From: Elusimicrobiota bacterium
GTDB lineage: Bacteria; Elusimicrobiota; Elusimicrobia; F11
Assembly: GCA_046153645.1 (NCBI GenBank)
Contig: JBJXGI010000089.1
Location: 1-49,982 of the forward strand
Length of the DNA stretch: 49,982 nucleotides
Reading direction: 5' to 3'
Part shown: positions 36,511-45,788 of the stretch, piece by piece
Numbering within the stretch: position 1 is the first letter of the stretch
Layout: each line of letters starts with the position of its first letter
The notes under the pieces: model-generated
Told to the model about the DNA's origin: nothing
What the model saw: only the letters and a program-made list of their open reading frames with translations
Databases searched by the model: none
Position numbers and translations under genes: made by a program

Positions 36511-37040
36511 AATTTAGAGGTAAACTTTTGATCTTCAAGATAACGAATAATTTGATTAAAGCTTTCTTGAACGCTTTGTTTTTCCGAATTCACATGAATT
36601 TCCGGTTTGAGAGGTGGCTCATAAGGATCAGACACCCCTGTAAAATGAGGTATTTCTCCAGCTAAGGCTTTTTTATACAGACCTTTAACATCACGCTCAG
36701 CTAACTTGGTGATGGAACATTCAACATAAATCTCAATAAAATTTTTAATTTGATCTCGATTACAATCTCGAACATCACGGTAAGGAGAGATCGCAGCGGA
36801 AATAGCCCACACCCCATTTCGAGTCAACAACTTACAAATATATCCAATTCGTTTTACATTTATATCTCGGTCTTCTTTAGAAAAGGTGAGCCCTTTACTT
36901 ATGTGGGTTCGAATTTCATCACCGTCTAGAAGCTCAACTTTTTCTCCTCTTTTTAACAATTCCTTATAAACCAATTCAGAGAGCGTTGATTTTCCAGATC
37001 CCGATAAACCGGTAAACCATAATGTTTGAGCTTGAGGCAT
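36507..37040 (-). CDS. cysC: Adenylyl-sulfate kinase
   Basis: WFTGLSGSGKST, LDGDEIR, ISPYR, RDVKGLYKKA, FTGVSDPYEPP. Confidence 0.96.
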   Translation of the reverse strand: MPQAQTLWFTGLSGSGKSTLSELVYKELLKRGEKVELLDGDEIRTHISKGLTFSKEDRDINVKRIGYICKLLTRNGVWAISAAISPYRDVRDCNRDQIKNFIEIYVECSITKLAERDVKGLYKKALAGEIPHFTGVSDPYEPPLKPEIHVNSEKQSVQESFNQIIRYLEDQKFTSKL

Positions 37041-37065
37041 TTTTTAAATTCCTTGGGTGACTCTA

Positions 37066-37134
37066 CGTCACCCCCGAAATTCTCTGTCGGGGGTCTCATT
37101 AATAGATTCCCGATTACAACATTCGGGAATGACG
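37066..37134. repeat. REP-like double-hairpin element of the GTCA..TGAC type in the cysC leader
   Basis: CGTCACCCCCGA..TCGGGGGTCT-CATTAAT-AGATTCCCGA..TTCGGGAATGACG. Confidence 0.7.
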
Positions 37135-37173
37135 AGAGGTGTATTATAGGAGATTTAAAAGATAATAGAAAAA

Positions 37174-38139
37174 CTACTCTGCGAGGGGGTCTTCTACACT
37201 GAGAGACAAACGAGGTGTTTCAGGGTGATCAAACCTTAAAACAAAAGAAAAATAATTGGTATTCCCAAGGTCATCCATGGGTAAAAACGCGTATGAAAAT
37301 TCTTGACCCCAAAGTTCTAGGCCCAATCCCATGGTCATCCCCGCTTGAGAAGAAACATCCTTTGTGGTGCTGGTTCGATATCCCGCTCTTAAGGAAAGCA
37401 GAGGAACAGGACGATATTGGGCTCCAAAATGTCCATTGAGATTATCAGATCTTCGAGAAATTCCTTCTAAAGAAAAAGTCCAAGCTTTATGAGGAATCAC
37501 CGCCATGCCTAGCTTATAAGATAAAGGAAGCGGATCACTTTGATTAATAAATTTTACTGAAGTTCCCAAATTGGTGATGGCGGCCCCAAGCGTAAGGTGG
37601 TTCGACACTTTCCATAACGTCCCCAAATCCATTGCAATGGCATTCGCAGATTCTGTATCCAATTTGCTTCGAATCGTTTTTCCAGTGAGTCCCAAAGAAA
37701 CATTATCTTGGACTTTAAACCCATATGAAAGAGATAACATTCCATCGTAGTTAGAAAAATCATCTGATTTCAAACCATTTTGATCGGTGCGTGTGATTTT
37801 GTCAGACCCCATATATTCAAACGCCACTCCAATTCCGTGTTTTGATTTAAAGGGGATAACCAAAGAAACAAACTCATTATGAAGAGATTCTAAGTACTCC
37901 ACATGTTGTGAGGCCAGCTGGGGCTGAGACAAAAATGGAGCGCCCGCCGGATTATAAAATGAAGCATAAGCGTCTGTGGCCAATGCGGTATAAGCCCCTC
38001 CCATCGAAGAAGGACCCGCGCCGACCGGAACTGTCAAAAATGCTGCCCCTTCTCTCCCAGCGGCGCTATAAACGAATGCGGGGTGAAAAAAAGCGAGGAT
38101 GAAAAAGAAAGAATAAAACTTTAAAAATGTGTTTTTCAT
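37174..38139 (-). CDS. PorV/PorQ (UPF0164/FadL-like) family outer-membrane beta-barrel
   Basis: Signal peptide; GAAFLTVPVGAGPSSMGGAYTA..FYNPAG; DLGTLW; LSLRAGY; DDLGNTNYFSFVLRF. Confidence 0.85.
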   Translation of the reverse strand: MKNTFLKFYSFFFILAFFHPAFVYSAAGREGAAFLTVPVGAGPSSMGGAYTALATDAYASFYNPAGAPFLSQPQLASQHVEYLESLHNEFVSLVIPFKSKHGIGVAFEYMGSDKITRTDQNGLKSDDFSNYDGMLSLSYGFKVQDNVSLGLTGKTIRSKLDTESANAIAMDLGTLWKVSNHLTLGAAITNLGTSVKFINQSDPLPLSYKLGMAVIPHKAWTFSLEGISRRSDNLNGHFGAQYRPVPLLSLRAGYRTSTTKDVSSQAGMTMGLGLELWGQEFSYAFLPMDDLGNTNYFSFVLRFDHPETPRLSLSVEDPLAE

Positions 38140-40094
38140 CGAATGACCACAAACCGGCCACGCTCTTTAAGCCCGCCGCCTTTTTCAACAATATAAAGGT
38201 AGAGTCCAGAAGAAACATCTTCCCCATCGCCATTTTTTAAATCCCACTCTGTGATAGCGCTGCTTGTTTCAATTTTTTTAACCAGCTGACCGGCCACCGT
38301 CAGTATTTTTAATTCGGATTGGGGTTCGATGTTATAAAAACGAATCCCTCCGGTATTTTTTGCGGCGTTCCACGGATTTGGCCCGACTTGGAATCCCTCT
38401 GGTAAAACTGGATCGGGAACTGGACTAGGAACTGGATCAGGAGTTGGATTGGGACCAGGCGGAGGTGCAGGTTTTGGCGTCACAGTGAAAAAACGGCTGA
38501 TTTGCGCACCAGAGGTTGGGTTTGTCACCCCAACGCGAAATGTGCCGGGGTTGGCAATCAGATCATTAGGGATGTTGACCTTTATTTCTCCCCCATGAAT
38601 AAATTGAATCGTTAGGATGTCACGACCATTAAAACGAACAAAACTGGCGGGCTCAAAACCTTCTCCACGAATGGTTAATACAAAAGATTCTGTCCCAGCT
38701 TCCACTGTGTTTGGTTCAAATAAATTAATAACAGGATTCCCCACTACATAAAAATCAAGAGTATTTGACATGTAACCATTTTGAGTCACTGCCACTCGAC
38801 GGGCACCGGGGCGATCAACATTCCTTGAAGAAACAAAAACTTGAAGCTGGGTCGGGCTTACGAATGTTGGAGCAATGGGATTTCCTGCAAATAAAACAAT
38901 GTCAGATGCAGTAAATCCTGAACCATTGATGGTTAATGTTATGTCACTCCCAGGGCTTTTAACGGCAGAAGGCGTCAAACTAGTGATGATGGCCGCTGCC
39001 GGAGGTGTGGGAGGCCCCACTAAAGCAGCACAATCTGTTTTAATCAAAGGTTTAAACCATTCCCATAAGGCAGGGTCTCCGGTATTCAAATTCCATAAAT
39101 CAATGGCTGGAAAATTGATATCCATGAGCTGTTGAATTCTTTTTTTGTGCCCCACCACGTCTTCAAACCAAACCTCATGAAGAACATTTTGATCATCGGT
39201 ATATTGAAAATAAAGCGTATCTTGAACAGGGTCTCTTTGAGGTGTAATGCCTTTGGCATTGGCAATGGCCATCGCCTGATGAAACTGAATTAATTTTCCT
39301 GGTGAGGCAGGTGAAATGGGCCAATCCCATCCATATAAACTAATCAAAATTCGAGCTTTTTCCCTTGGGATACTTTGAGTAGGGCTGTTCAACATATAAT
39401 CTGCTACTTGAGCAAGTTTCGAATAAGTAATGACGGGGCCGGGTGGACTGGTGTTCCAAGAATAATAGTAGGCCATGACACGAAGATAGTCGACATAAGG
39501 CTCAACCCCTCGCCAATCGACTGTGATTCCTTGTTCTCTTCCGCCTTGGGTTTTGGGTTGAACCACCATCCCTAATTTTTTTTCTGTTGGAAGGGCCGCC
39601 CTTAACTCGCCCATGAACTGGGTTAAAAGGACTGTGGTAGAAGACAAAACATGCTCATAATCAATTTCCAGGCCCTGACCGAGTGCACTGATGGCCACCA
39701 AATCGCGAATATGAGCGGCCCGACGATCAGGATCAGACAAAACATAATGAAGCGCTTGGCCGCTTGAGAAATTTCGGCAAGGCCCTGGGGTGCGGTTAAT
39801 TTCATTAACCATGTCGATTAAAATAAGTCGCTTGGGATCATGACGGAATTTTCGAGAAACTTCTTCTACCCAGATGCTTTGAGGCTCAATTTGGCAGCTT
39901 CCATTGAATTGAAAAGCGAAGATGTTAACCCCTTGAAGGTTGGTTCCATCTCGGTCCACCGTTTCTTCCCCTCGGGTTTCGTTGGTGATATAACTGGCGG
40001 AACAAACAGGTTGATCCGCAAGAAGAGTGCCAAAAGAAAATAATGACACGCACAATAGCGCGAAAAATTTGGTTCTCAAGATAAAAGTAAACAT
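38136..40094 (-). CDS. Secreted GH18-family hydrolase with two IPT/TIG domains, Pro-rich linker and T9SS-type-A-like C-terminal domain
   Basis: Signal peptide; GLEIDYE, VMAYYY, PGP, LYGWDW, HEVWFED; ITSLTPS and INLFEPN Ig repeats; PNPW..ILTVAGQLVKKI..WDLKNGDGEDVSSGLYLY..RFVVIR. Confidence 0.85.
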   Translation of the reverse strand: MFTFILRTKFFALLCVSLFSFGTLLADQPVCSASYITNETRGEETVDRDGTNLQGVNIFAFQFNGSCQIEPQSIWVEEVSRKFRHDPKRLILIDMVNEINRTPGPCRNFSSGQALHYVLSDPDRRAAHIRDLVAISALGQGLEIDYEHVLSSTTVLLTQFMGELRAALPTEKKLGMVVQPKTQGGREQGITVDWRGVEPYVDYLRVMAYYYSWNTSPPGPVITYSKLAQVADYMLNSPTQSIPREKARILISLYGWDWPISPASPGKLIQFHQAMAIANAKGITPQRDPVQDTLYFQYTDDQNVLHEVWFEDVVGHKKRIQQLMDINFPAIDLWNLNTGDPALWEWFKPLIKTDCAALVGPPTPPAAAIITSLTPSAVKSPGSDITLTINGSGFTASDIVLFAGNPIAPTFVSPTQLQVFVSSRNVDRPGARRVAVTQNGYMSNTLDFYVVGNPVINLFEPNTVEAGTESFVLTIRGEGFEPASFVRFNGRDILTIQFIHGGEIKVNIPNDLIANPGTFRVGVTNPTSGAQISRFFTVTPKPAPPPGPNPTPDPVPSPVPDPVLPEGFQVGPNPWNAAKNTGGIRFYNIEPQSELKILTVAGQLVKKIETSSAITEWDLKNGDGEDVSSGLYLYIVEKGGGLKERGRFVVIR

Positions 40095-40248
40095 GTTTTT
40101 TCCGTCGATAATATGAATTTGGGTCTATCCCAAAATGAGGGAGTTTGAGATGGGCGGAAGTTTAGCAAAAAACCATCTTTAGCTTCAAATTTAGATAAAA
40201 AATAAAAACTTAAGAATAACGGCCGAAAATGGCATACTTTTATTTAAC

Positions 40249-40515
40249 ATGGAAAACTTTATTCAAAAACTGGGGATGATCGGTGCCATAGCGATGCCCT
40301 TTTGGAATATTCCGTTTATGGTTCGAATTATTAAGCGAAAAACTTCTGAAGATATTAGTTTATTTTGGTTATTTGGGATCTGGGGATGCATAGTGGCGAT
40401 GTTCCCCTCCACCATGAATTCGCCTGACCCGATTCTCAAAGCATTTGGAATTACCAATATGATTATGTTTAGTTTGGTGGTTGTGGTCGTCATGCTTTAT
40501 AGGAAGAAAAAATAA
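40249..40515 (+). CDS. PQ-loop/SemiSWEET-like small transporter
   Basis: 88 aa with 3 TM helices; IPFMVRIIKRKTSEDIS (PF in place of PQ). Confidence 0.7.
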   Translation: MENFIQKLGMIGAIAMPFWNIPFMVRIIKRKTSEDISLFWLFGIWGCIVAMFPSTMNSPDPILKAFGITNMIMFSLVVVVVMLYRKKK

Positions 40516-40608
40516 CCAATCAAATACATCAAAAAGAAACAAAGGGTTTCAGAAAGATCGCGAGTTAAGTATGATGACAGCCAACACATTTAATTTAAGA
40601 GGTTACTT

Positions 40609-41229
40609 ATGATTGTCCCCACAATTTTAGAGAGATGGAACCAAGGCTCAGCTGTTACTTATGATATTTACTCAAGACTGTTAAAAGACCGGATTCTTTT
40701 TATTGGTGGTTTTGGTGGTCAAGTGGATACTGATTCCGCCAATATGATCATTGCGCAGCTCCTTTATCTTGAATCAGAAGATCCTGATAAAGAAATCAAT
40801 TTTTATATTAACTCCCCCGGAGGCATGGTCACAGCCGGCCTTGCTATTTACGACACGATGCAATACATTAAATCGCCCATTACCACCATTTGTATCGGTA
40901 TGGCCATGTCCTTTGGGGCGGTTTTATTGGGAGCGGGAACCAAGGGAAAACGTTTTTGCCTCCCCAACGCTCGCATTATGATTCATCAACCACTTATTTA
41001 TGGTGACGGCATTTCAGGCCAGGTTACTGATATCGAGATTGAAGCCAAAGAAATGTTGCAAACCAAAACTCAACTCAATGAGATTATTGCTCGCCACACC
41101 GGGCAAACCATTCAAAAAGTAACAGAAGATAGTGAAAGAAATCATTACATGTCAGCAGAAGATGCAAAAGCTTATGGTTTGGTGGATGAAATTATTTCCG
41201 CTCGAAAACTGCCTGGCCTTTCAAAGTAA
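40609..41229 (+). CDS. clpP: ClpP protease subunit with Asn at the catalytic Asp position
   Basis: [50 protein letters not shown]. Confidence 0.95.
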   Translation: MIVPTILERWNQGSAVTYDIYSRLLKDRILFIGGFGGQVDTDSANMIIAQLLYLESEDPDKEINFYINSPGGMVTAGLAIYDTMQYIKSPITTICIGMAMSFGAVLLGAGTKGKRFCLPNARIMIHQPLIYGDGISGQVTDIEIEAKEMLQTKTQLNEIIARHTGQTIQKVTEDSERNHYMSAEDAKAYGLVDEIISARKLPGLSK

Positions 41230-41237
41230 ATAAACGT

Positions 41238-42035
41238 TTATTCTACTGCGGCTTTGGTGGGGAAAACGCCTTTCATGGCTTTGTAGCAGATATCAATCAC
41301 ATCCTGAGAAAATTGCCGCTCGGGCGAAATGACCCAATGCAAATATTCAGGGTGATCTTTTGTTACCACTTTTAATGAAAGTGATTTGTATTTACCAAAA
41401 TTAAATACAGCCTCTCCGTCTCTCCAAAAAAACTTTCCCTCTGAATCGACAAATCGCTCTTGAGGTCCTTTGCTGATCTTGTGAAGCTCTTCGACGTTAT
41501 GAGGCAAATCAGGATACCGCTGGAGTTGTGCTAAAAAAATCTCATATGTGGCCATGGTGTCAGCATGGGCAGAGTGCGCGCCAACCAAATCTTTATCGCA
41601 ATAAAATTTAAAAGCAGCTGACAAATCTCGTTTCTCTTTTTGATGAAAAATAGCTTGGGCGTCCACAACAAATCTTGAATCCAACTTAAAATCAGAGCCA
41701 GCTCTTTTAAACTCTTCGACCATAACCTTATTATCAAAACGTCCAATATGGTATCCCCCCAAATCAGCATTCTCGAAAAATTTTTCAACTTCTGAAAAAA
41801 TCTGAGCAAAGGTTGGAGCGCTGGCAACATCAGAATTAGAAATCCCCGTTAATTGCTCAACTTCCGCTGGGATCTTCATTTGAGGGTTTACTTTTTTTAG
41901 AAAAGATTCTGAGTCGCCATTCGGTTGAAGTTTATAAGCTCCCAGTTCAATGATTCGATCATATTTAAAATCAAGACCTGTTGTTTCAAGATCGAAAAAA
42001 ATGAGGGGTCGGGAAATTTTAAATGGAAGAGCCAT
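41238..42035 (-). CDS. DEDDh 3'-5' exonuclease (DnaQ-like) with ExoX-like C-terminal domain
   Basis: FFDLETTG, DRIIE, RFD, AHSAHAD; FNFGKYK..PEYLHW. Confidence 0.9.
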   Translation of the reverse strand: MALPFKISRPLIFFDLETTGLDFKYDRIIELGAYKLQPNGDSESFLKKVNPQMKIPAEVEQLTGISNSDVASAPTFAQIFSEVEKFFENADLGGYHIGRFDNKVMVEEFKRAGSDFKLDSRFVVDAQAIFHQKEKRDLSAAFKFYCDKDLVGAHSAHADTMATYEIFLAQLQRYPDLPHNVEELHKISKGPQERFVDSEGKFFWRDGEAVFNFGKYKSLSLKVVTKDHPEYLHWVISPERQFSQDVIDICYKAMKGVFPTKAAVE

Positions 42036-42043
42036 AAATTATT

Positions 42044-42604
42044 TTACTTTAAAAAATCCTTTAACGCATGGTGAGTGCTTCTAAAAGCCAATTCTTTCCA
42101 GGGAATTTGATCGCAAGCGAAAACGGCGACTTCTTGAGATTCTTGTCCGGCCGCGGGCTTTTCGCCTTTTTTGACCTTGGCTGAATAAATAATCGTCACC
42201 GTTCCAGCATCTCGATATGAATAAATTCCAAGCAAGGTTAAGCTTGAAACCTTCACACAAATCTCCTCATAAGTTTCCCGAGCAGCGCATTCTTCCACTG
42301 TTTCTTTCATTTCTTGATACCCGGCGGGAAAAGTCCACTTTCCTTTAGCAGGCTCTATATCTCTCCTAAGCAAAACAATTTTTCCATCAGGCATTATGGG
42401 AATCACACCAGCCACAACTTTCGGATTGGTATAAGTAATTCCCATACATTGATTACACACCAAACGCTTTTTCTTTTCATTGGGAACCCACTTCCCACTC
42501 AATTTTCCTCCACAAAAAGAACAATGTCGAAGCGCCGACATCTGAGCTTGCCACCAAGCACTTCGTAAAGTGGCTTTTCGTTTCGATAACTTTATTTTTT
42601 TCAT
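42044..42604 (-). CDS. Zn-ribbon NUDIX hydrolase
   Basis: CSFCG..CNQC, YTNPKVV, WTFPAGY..AARETYEE, IPWKELAF. Confidence 0.9.
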   Translation of the reverse strand: MKKIKLSKRKATLRSAWWQAQMSALRHCSFCGGKLSGKWVPNEKKKRLVCNQCMGITYTNPKVVAGVIPIMPDGKIVLLRRDIEPAKGKWTFPAGYQEMKETVEECAARETYEEICVKVSSLTLLGIYSYRDAGTVTIIYSAKVKKGEKPAAGQESQEVAVFACDQIPWKELAFRSTHHALKDFLK

Positions 42605-43008
42605 TTTCTTAATAATATGATTATTGGAATTTTCTGCGGATCAAGCTGGACGGAAAACTTTTCTTTATCCGGATGATATCGACCCGGTAACTGGGCTTGA
42701 TCATATGGCAAAACCTCTTTAACACATTCAGTCATATCTTCGATCAATTGTTTTACCGGCAACTCCCAATATATGTCGCCATAGGGAATCAGCAATTCAA
42801 CTCCCCCTTGATACAACAACTTTGTTCCTTTTAAATTAAAAGCTTCAAAATGATGAAGCGCAGTGGCGAACTGTATTAGACCTTGAATAAATTTATGAGG
42901 CTCTCCTAACTCTTGATTCCAAAGATCCTCCCAAACTTCATGAGCATCATAATACTCACGGGAGTTAAAATGTTCAATTCCTTTTAAATAGAGCGGATGC
43001 AAAATCAT
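42601..43008 (-). CDS. DUF309 protein
   Basis: FNSREYYDAHEVWEDLW..QGLIQ..HH. Confidence 0.9.
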   Translation of the reverse strand: MILHPLYLKGIEHFNSREYYDAHEVWEDLWNQELGEPHKFIQGLIQFATALHHFEAFNLKGTKLLYQGGVELLIPYGDIYWELPVKQLIEDMTECVKEVLPYDQAQLPGRYHPDKEKFSVQLDPQKIPIIILLRK

Positions 43009-43020
43009 TTTAAAATCAAA

Positions 43021-43656
43021 CTATAGAACAGGATTGGGGCAATGTTCTTTTATAGGACAAGAAAAACAAGCCGGATTTCGAGCTTTGCAAACCTTTCGTC
43101 CGTGAATAATAAGCGCATGTGAAAACCAAATCCAATCAGATTGGGGTAGTTTTTTTATTAAATCATTTTCAATTCTTTTGGGGTCTTTATGCTTTGTTAA
43201 ACCCAATCTCTGAGACAGACGCATAACATGTGTATCAACCACAACTCCCACTGCAACTTTGAAAGCATTGCCCAGTACAACATTCGCTGTTTTTCTGGCA
43301 ACACCAGGCAACTCTAATAATTCATCCATCGTTCGAGGAACTTGCCCTAAATATTTCTCTAACACCAACTTGGACATTCTCCGAATAGATTTGGCTTTAT
43401 TTCGAAAAAACCCGGTTGACCTAATTTCTCTTTCTAAATCTTCTTGAGAAACCGCTGCTAATTCTTGAGACGAGGGGTATTTTTTAAATAAACCAGGTGT
43501 TACTTTATTCACGCGCTCATCTGTGCATTGAGCAGAAAGAATAGTGGCGACGAGTAATTGGAACGGAGAATGATAATACAAGGCACAATGGGCATCGGAA
43601 TAATATTTTTTTAAAGCCTTAACAAGAAGTGGAACATCGCGGTTCATCTTTGGCAT
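43021..43656 (-). CDS. nth: Endonuclease III
   Basis: LLVATILSAQCTD, HhH LPGVARKTANVV, VDTHV, CKARNPACFSCPIKEHC. Confidence 0.96.
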   Translation of the reverse strand: MPKMNRDVPLLVKALKKYYSDAHCALYYHSPFQLLVATILSAQCTDERVNKVTPGLFKKYPSSQELAAVSQEDLEREIRSTGFFRNKAKSIRRMSKLVLEKYLGQVPRTMDELLELPGVARKTANVVLGNAFKVAVGVVVDTHVMRLSQRLGLTKHKDPKRIENDLIKKLPQSDWIWFSHALIIHGRKVCKARNPACFSCPIKEHCPNPVL

Positions 43657-43676
43657 GAGACGTTAAAAACCTTTGA

Positions 43677-44996
43677 TTAATCTTGACTGAGGGTGGTTAC
43701 TTCTTCAATAAAACTACTTTGTGAAAAAATAGTTACTTTATTGCGCCCTCCCTTTTTGGCGGAGTAAAGTGCTTTGTCGGCAGCCTCAATTAAATCCTGA
43801 TCGCTGGTGACACGCGTATCGGGGTAAGAGGCAACACCAATAGAGACAGTGACTCGTTCACTTCCTTGGGGCCCTGCAAATGGGAAATAATGCTCTTCAA
43901 CGGCGTGCCGAATTTTTTCAGCAACGTTGACACCTGATTCCTGCGGTGTTTCTGGCAATAAGACCACAAATTCTTCTCCGCCATATCGGGCCACAACGTC
44001 TGTTCCTCGAACATTACGAATGAGAATTCGTGCTACTTCTTTTAAAACGATATCCCCAGCGGGGTGTCCATTGCGATCGTTGTAAGATTTGAAGTGGTCC
44101 ACATCAAGCATGAGAAGCGTTAAGGGGCGGCCATACCGCTGAGAACGGGAAAACTCATCTCCCAATTGGACTCTGAAATAACGCATATTAAATAAGCCGG
44201 TTAAGGAATCACTTTGAGATTCCGTTTTGAGACGTTTTCTTTCTAAATCTAATTCTTTAGACATTTCATTAAAAGCTTCTTGTAATTCTCCAAGCTCGTC
44301 TTTTCCTACAGGAGGAATTTGAATATCTGTTTTCCCTCTCGTGAAGTTCCGAATACCCTCAAGCAACAGGGATAATGGTTGAACTAAAAATCTCCACAAA
44401 TAAAGCGCCAGTCCTAAAAAAAATATCAAAATAATAATAGGGAAGTAAAAACCGATTTTCCGATGGCGTTCTAACGTTTGGCGAATTTGTTCTTGTCGAA
44501 CAATGGTCATCCCCTCACGAATTCCTTTCAACTGATCAATAAGCGCCTGAATTCTTTGGAGGAACTCATCACTAGAGCCGACCATTTTTCTTCTTAACTC
44601 ATCTGAAGTGCTTCTGTTTAAGAAAATTTGACGCATCTGATTATCATATTGAACATATAATTCGTCAATCTCAGTGAATCGATCTTTCTCTTCATCTTCA
44701 GTGGCATAACTTCGAGCCTCAGTAAACCAGCGAGCAAAACCCACTCGTTCTCGCTCGCACTGATCCAACCAAATGCGATCTTTTAAAGTGAGGTAACGAT
44801 ACATGGTTTCATCTTGACGAAGAAGCGCCAATTCCATTTGACTAATGGCATGAACCATCGGAAAATGTCGATTAACAACAATACTAGAAGCGTCACCAAC
44901 CGCCTGCGTGCTTCGAGTGCTTGTATAAACAGCCGCAAGCGAAATCAAAGCAAACAGAGTAAAAAAAGCCAATATTCTTGTTCTTACACTTGTCAC
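43677..44996 (-). CDS. Membrane diguanylate cyclase (4-helix periplasmic sensor-HAMP-GGDEF)
   Basis: Two TM helices; HAMP DELGELQEAFNEM; DSLTGLFN; RGTD I-site; RYGGEEF; GTG start. Confidence 0.93.
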   Translation of the reverse strand: MTSVRTRILAFFTLFALISLAAVYTSTRSTQAVGDASSIVVNRHFPMVHAISQMELALLRQDETMYRYLTLKDRIWLDQCERERVGFARWFTEARSYATEDEEKDRFTEIDELYVQYDNQMRQIFLNRSTSDELRRKMVGSSDEFLQRIQALIDQLKGIREGMTIVRQEQIRQTLERHRKIGFYFPIIILIFFLGLALYLWRFLVQPLSLLLEGIRNFTRGKTDIQIPPVGKDELGELQEAFNEMSKELDLERKRLKTESQSDSLTGLFNMRYFRVQLGDEFSRSQRYGRPLTLLMLDVDHFKSYNDRNGHPAGDIVLKEVARILIRNVRGTDVVARYGGEEFVVLLPETPQESGVNVAEKIRHAVEEHYFPFAGPQGSERVTVSIGVASYPDTRVTSDQDLIEAADKALYSAKKGGRNKVTIFSQSSFIEEVTTLSQD

Positions 44997-45000
44997 AGAT

Positions 45001-45726
45001 TTAGTTCTTTTGTGAGGTCATTGGAAGAGGGGCCGGGGGTTGAAACAAATCTTCCATCTGAGAGATCCTGAGAGCTGAAATACTAGGAACAATCAAATCA
45101 GCAGCTGCCAATTCAAAAGCAGGATAGGAAGTCGCCACGGCCACGCATTTCATTCCAGCATTATGTGCAGACTTAATTCCTTCTTTAGAATCTTCAATCA
45201 CGACACATTCTTCAGGTCTAATGGCGCTGTTTCTTTTTCCGTTATTATTGAGCGCGTACAAAGCCTTTATATAACTTTCCGGATCTGGTTTTCCTTTTTC
45301 AACATCATCAGCACTAATAATACTTTCGAAATAGGATCGGATCCCCGCCGTTTCAGTAATAATCTCTAATTCGTGTTTCCGAGCGCCAGAGGCAATAGCC
45401 AATGGATAACGCTGCGAAACGGCCATCACAAACTCAGGAACAGCTGGATAGGGTAAAATTCCTTCGGACGAAACCAATTCTTCAAAATGTTTAGCTTTTT
45501 TTTGCATGAGTATCGCAAGATTTTCTGGTGTTAATGGGTACTTATTATCTTCATAAAAATGAGTGAACGCTCCCTTATCATCATTAGCTAAATATCTTTC
45601 TTTATAAATTTCTTCGGTCAACAGATAACCCGCTTCCTCTAAGGTTTTTTTTAATGCAGAGAAATGCAATGGTTCCGAATCTACCAACACGCCGTCACAA
45701 TCAAAAATAATCGCTCTTAAGGCCAA
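45001..45726 (-). CDS. HAD-superfamily phosphatase (beta-PGM/CbbY-like)
   Basis: FDCDGVLVDSE, KPDPE, IEDS. Start moved to TTG 45726 because AGGAGG lies just upstream (track start 45792). Confidence 0.88.
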   Translation of the reverse strand: MALRAIIFDCDGVLVDSEPLHFSALKKTLEEAGYLLTEEIYKERYLANDDKGAFTHFYEDNKYPLTPENLAILMQKKAKHFEELVSSEGILPYPAVPEFVMAVSQRYPLAIASGARKHELEIITETAGIRSYFESIISADDVEKGKPDPESYIKALYALNNNGKRNSAIRPEECVVIEDSKEGIKSAHNAGMKCVAVATSYPAFELAAADLIVPSISALRISQMEDLFQPPAPLPMTSQKN

Positions 45727-45788
45727 AGTGCGTCCCTCCTGAAAATTAATAGGATATGAAGTCATTTGTTTGGGTTTTAAATATAAGC

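Noticed and set aside
45001..45726. HAD as a beta-phosphoglucomutase partner of the GH94 enzyme
   Set aside because: GH94 phosphorolysis yields alpha-glucose-1-phosphate, and the genes are about 35 kb apart.
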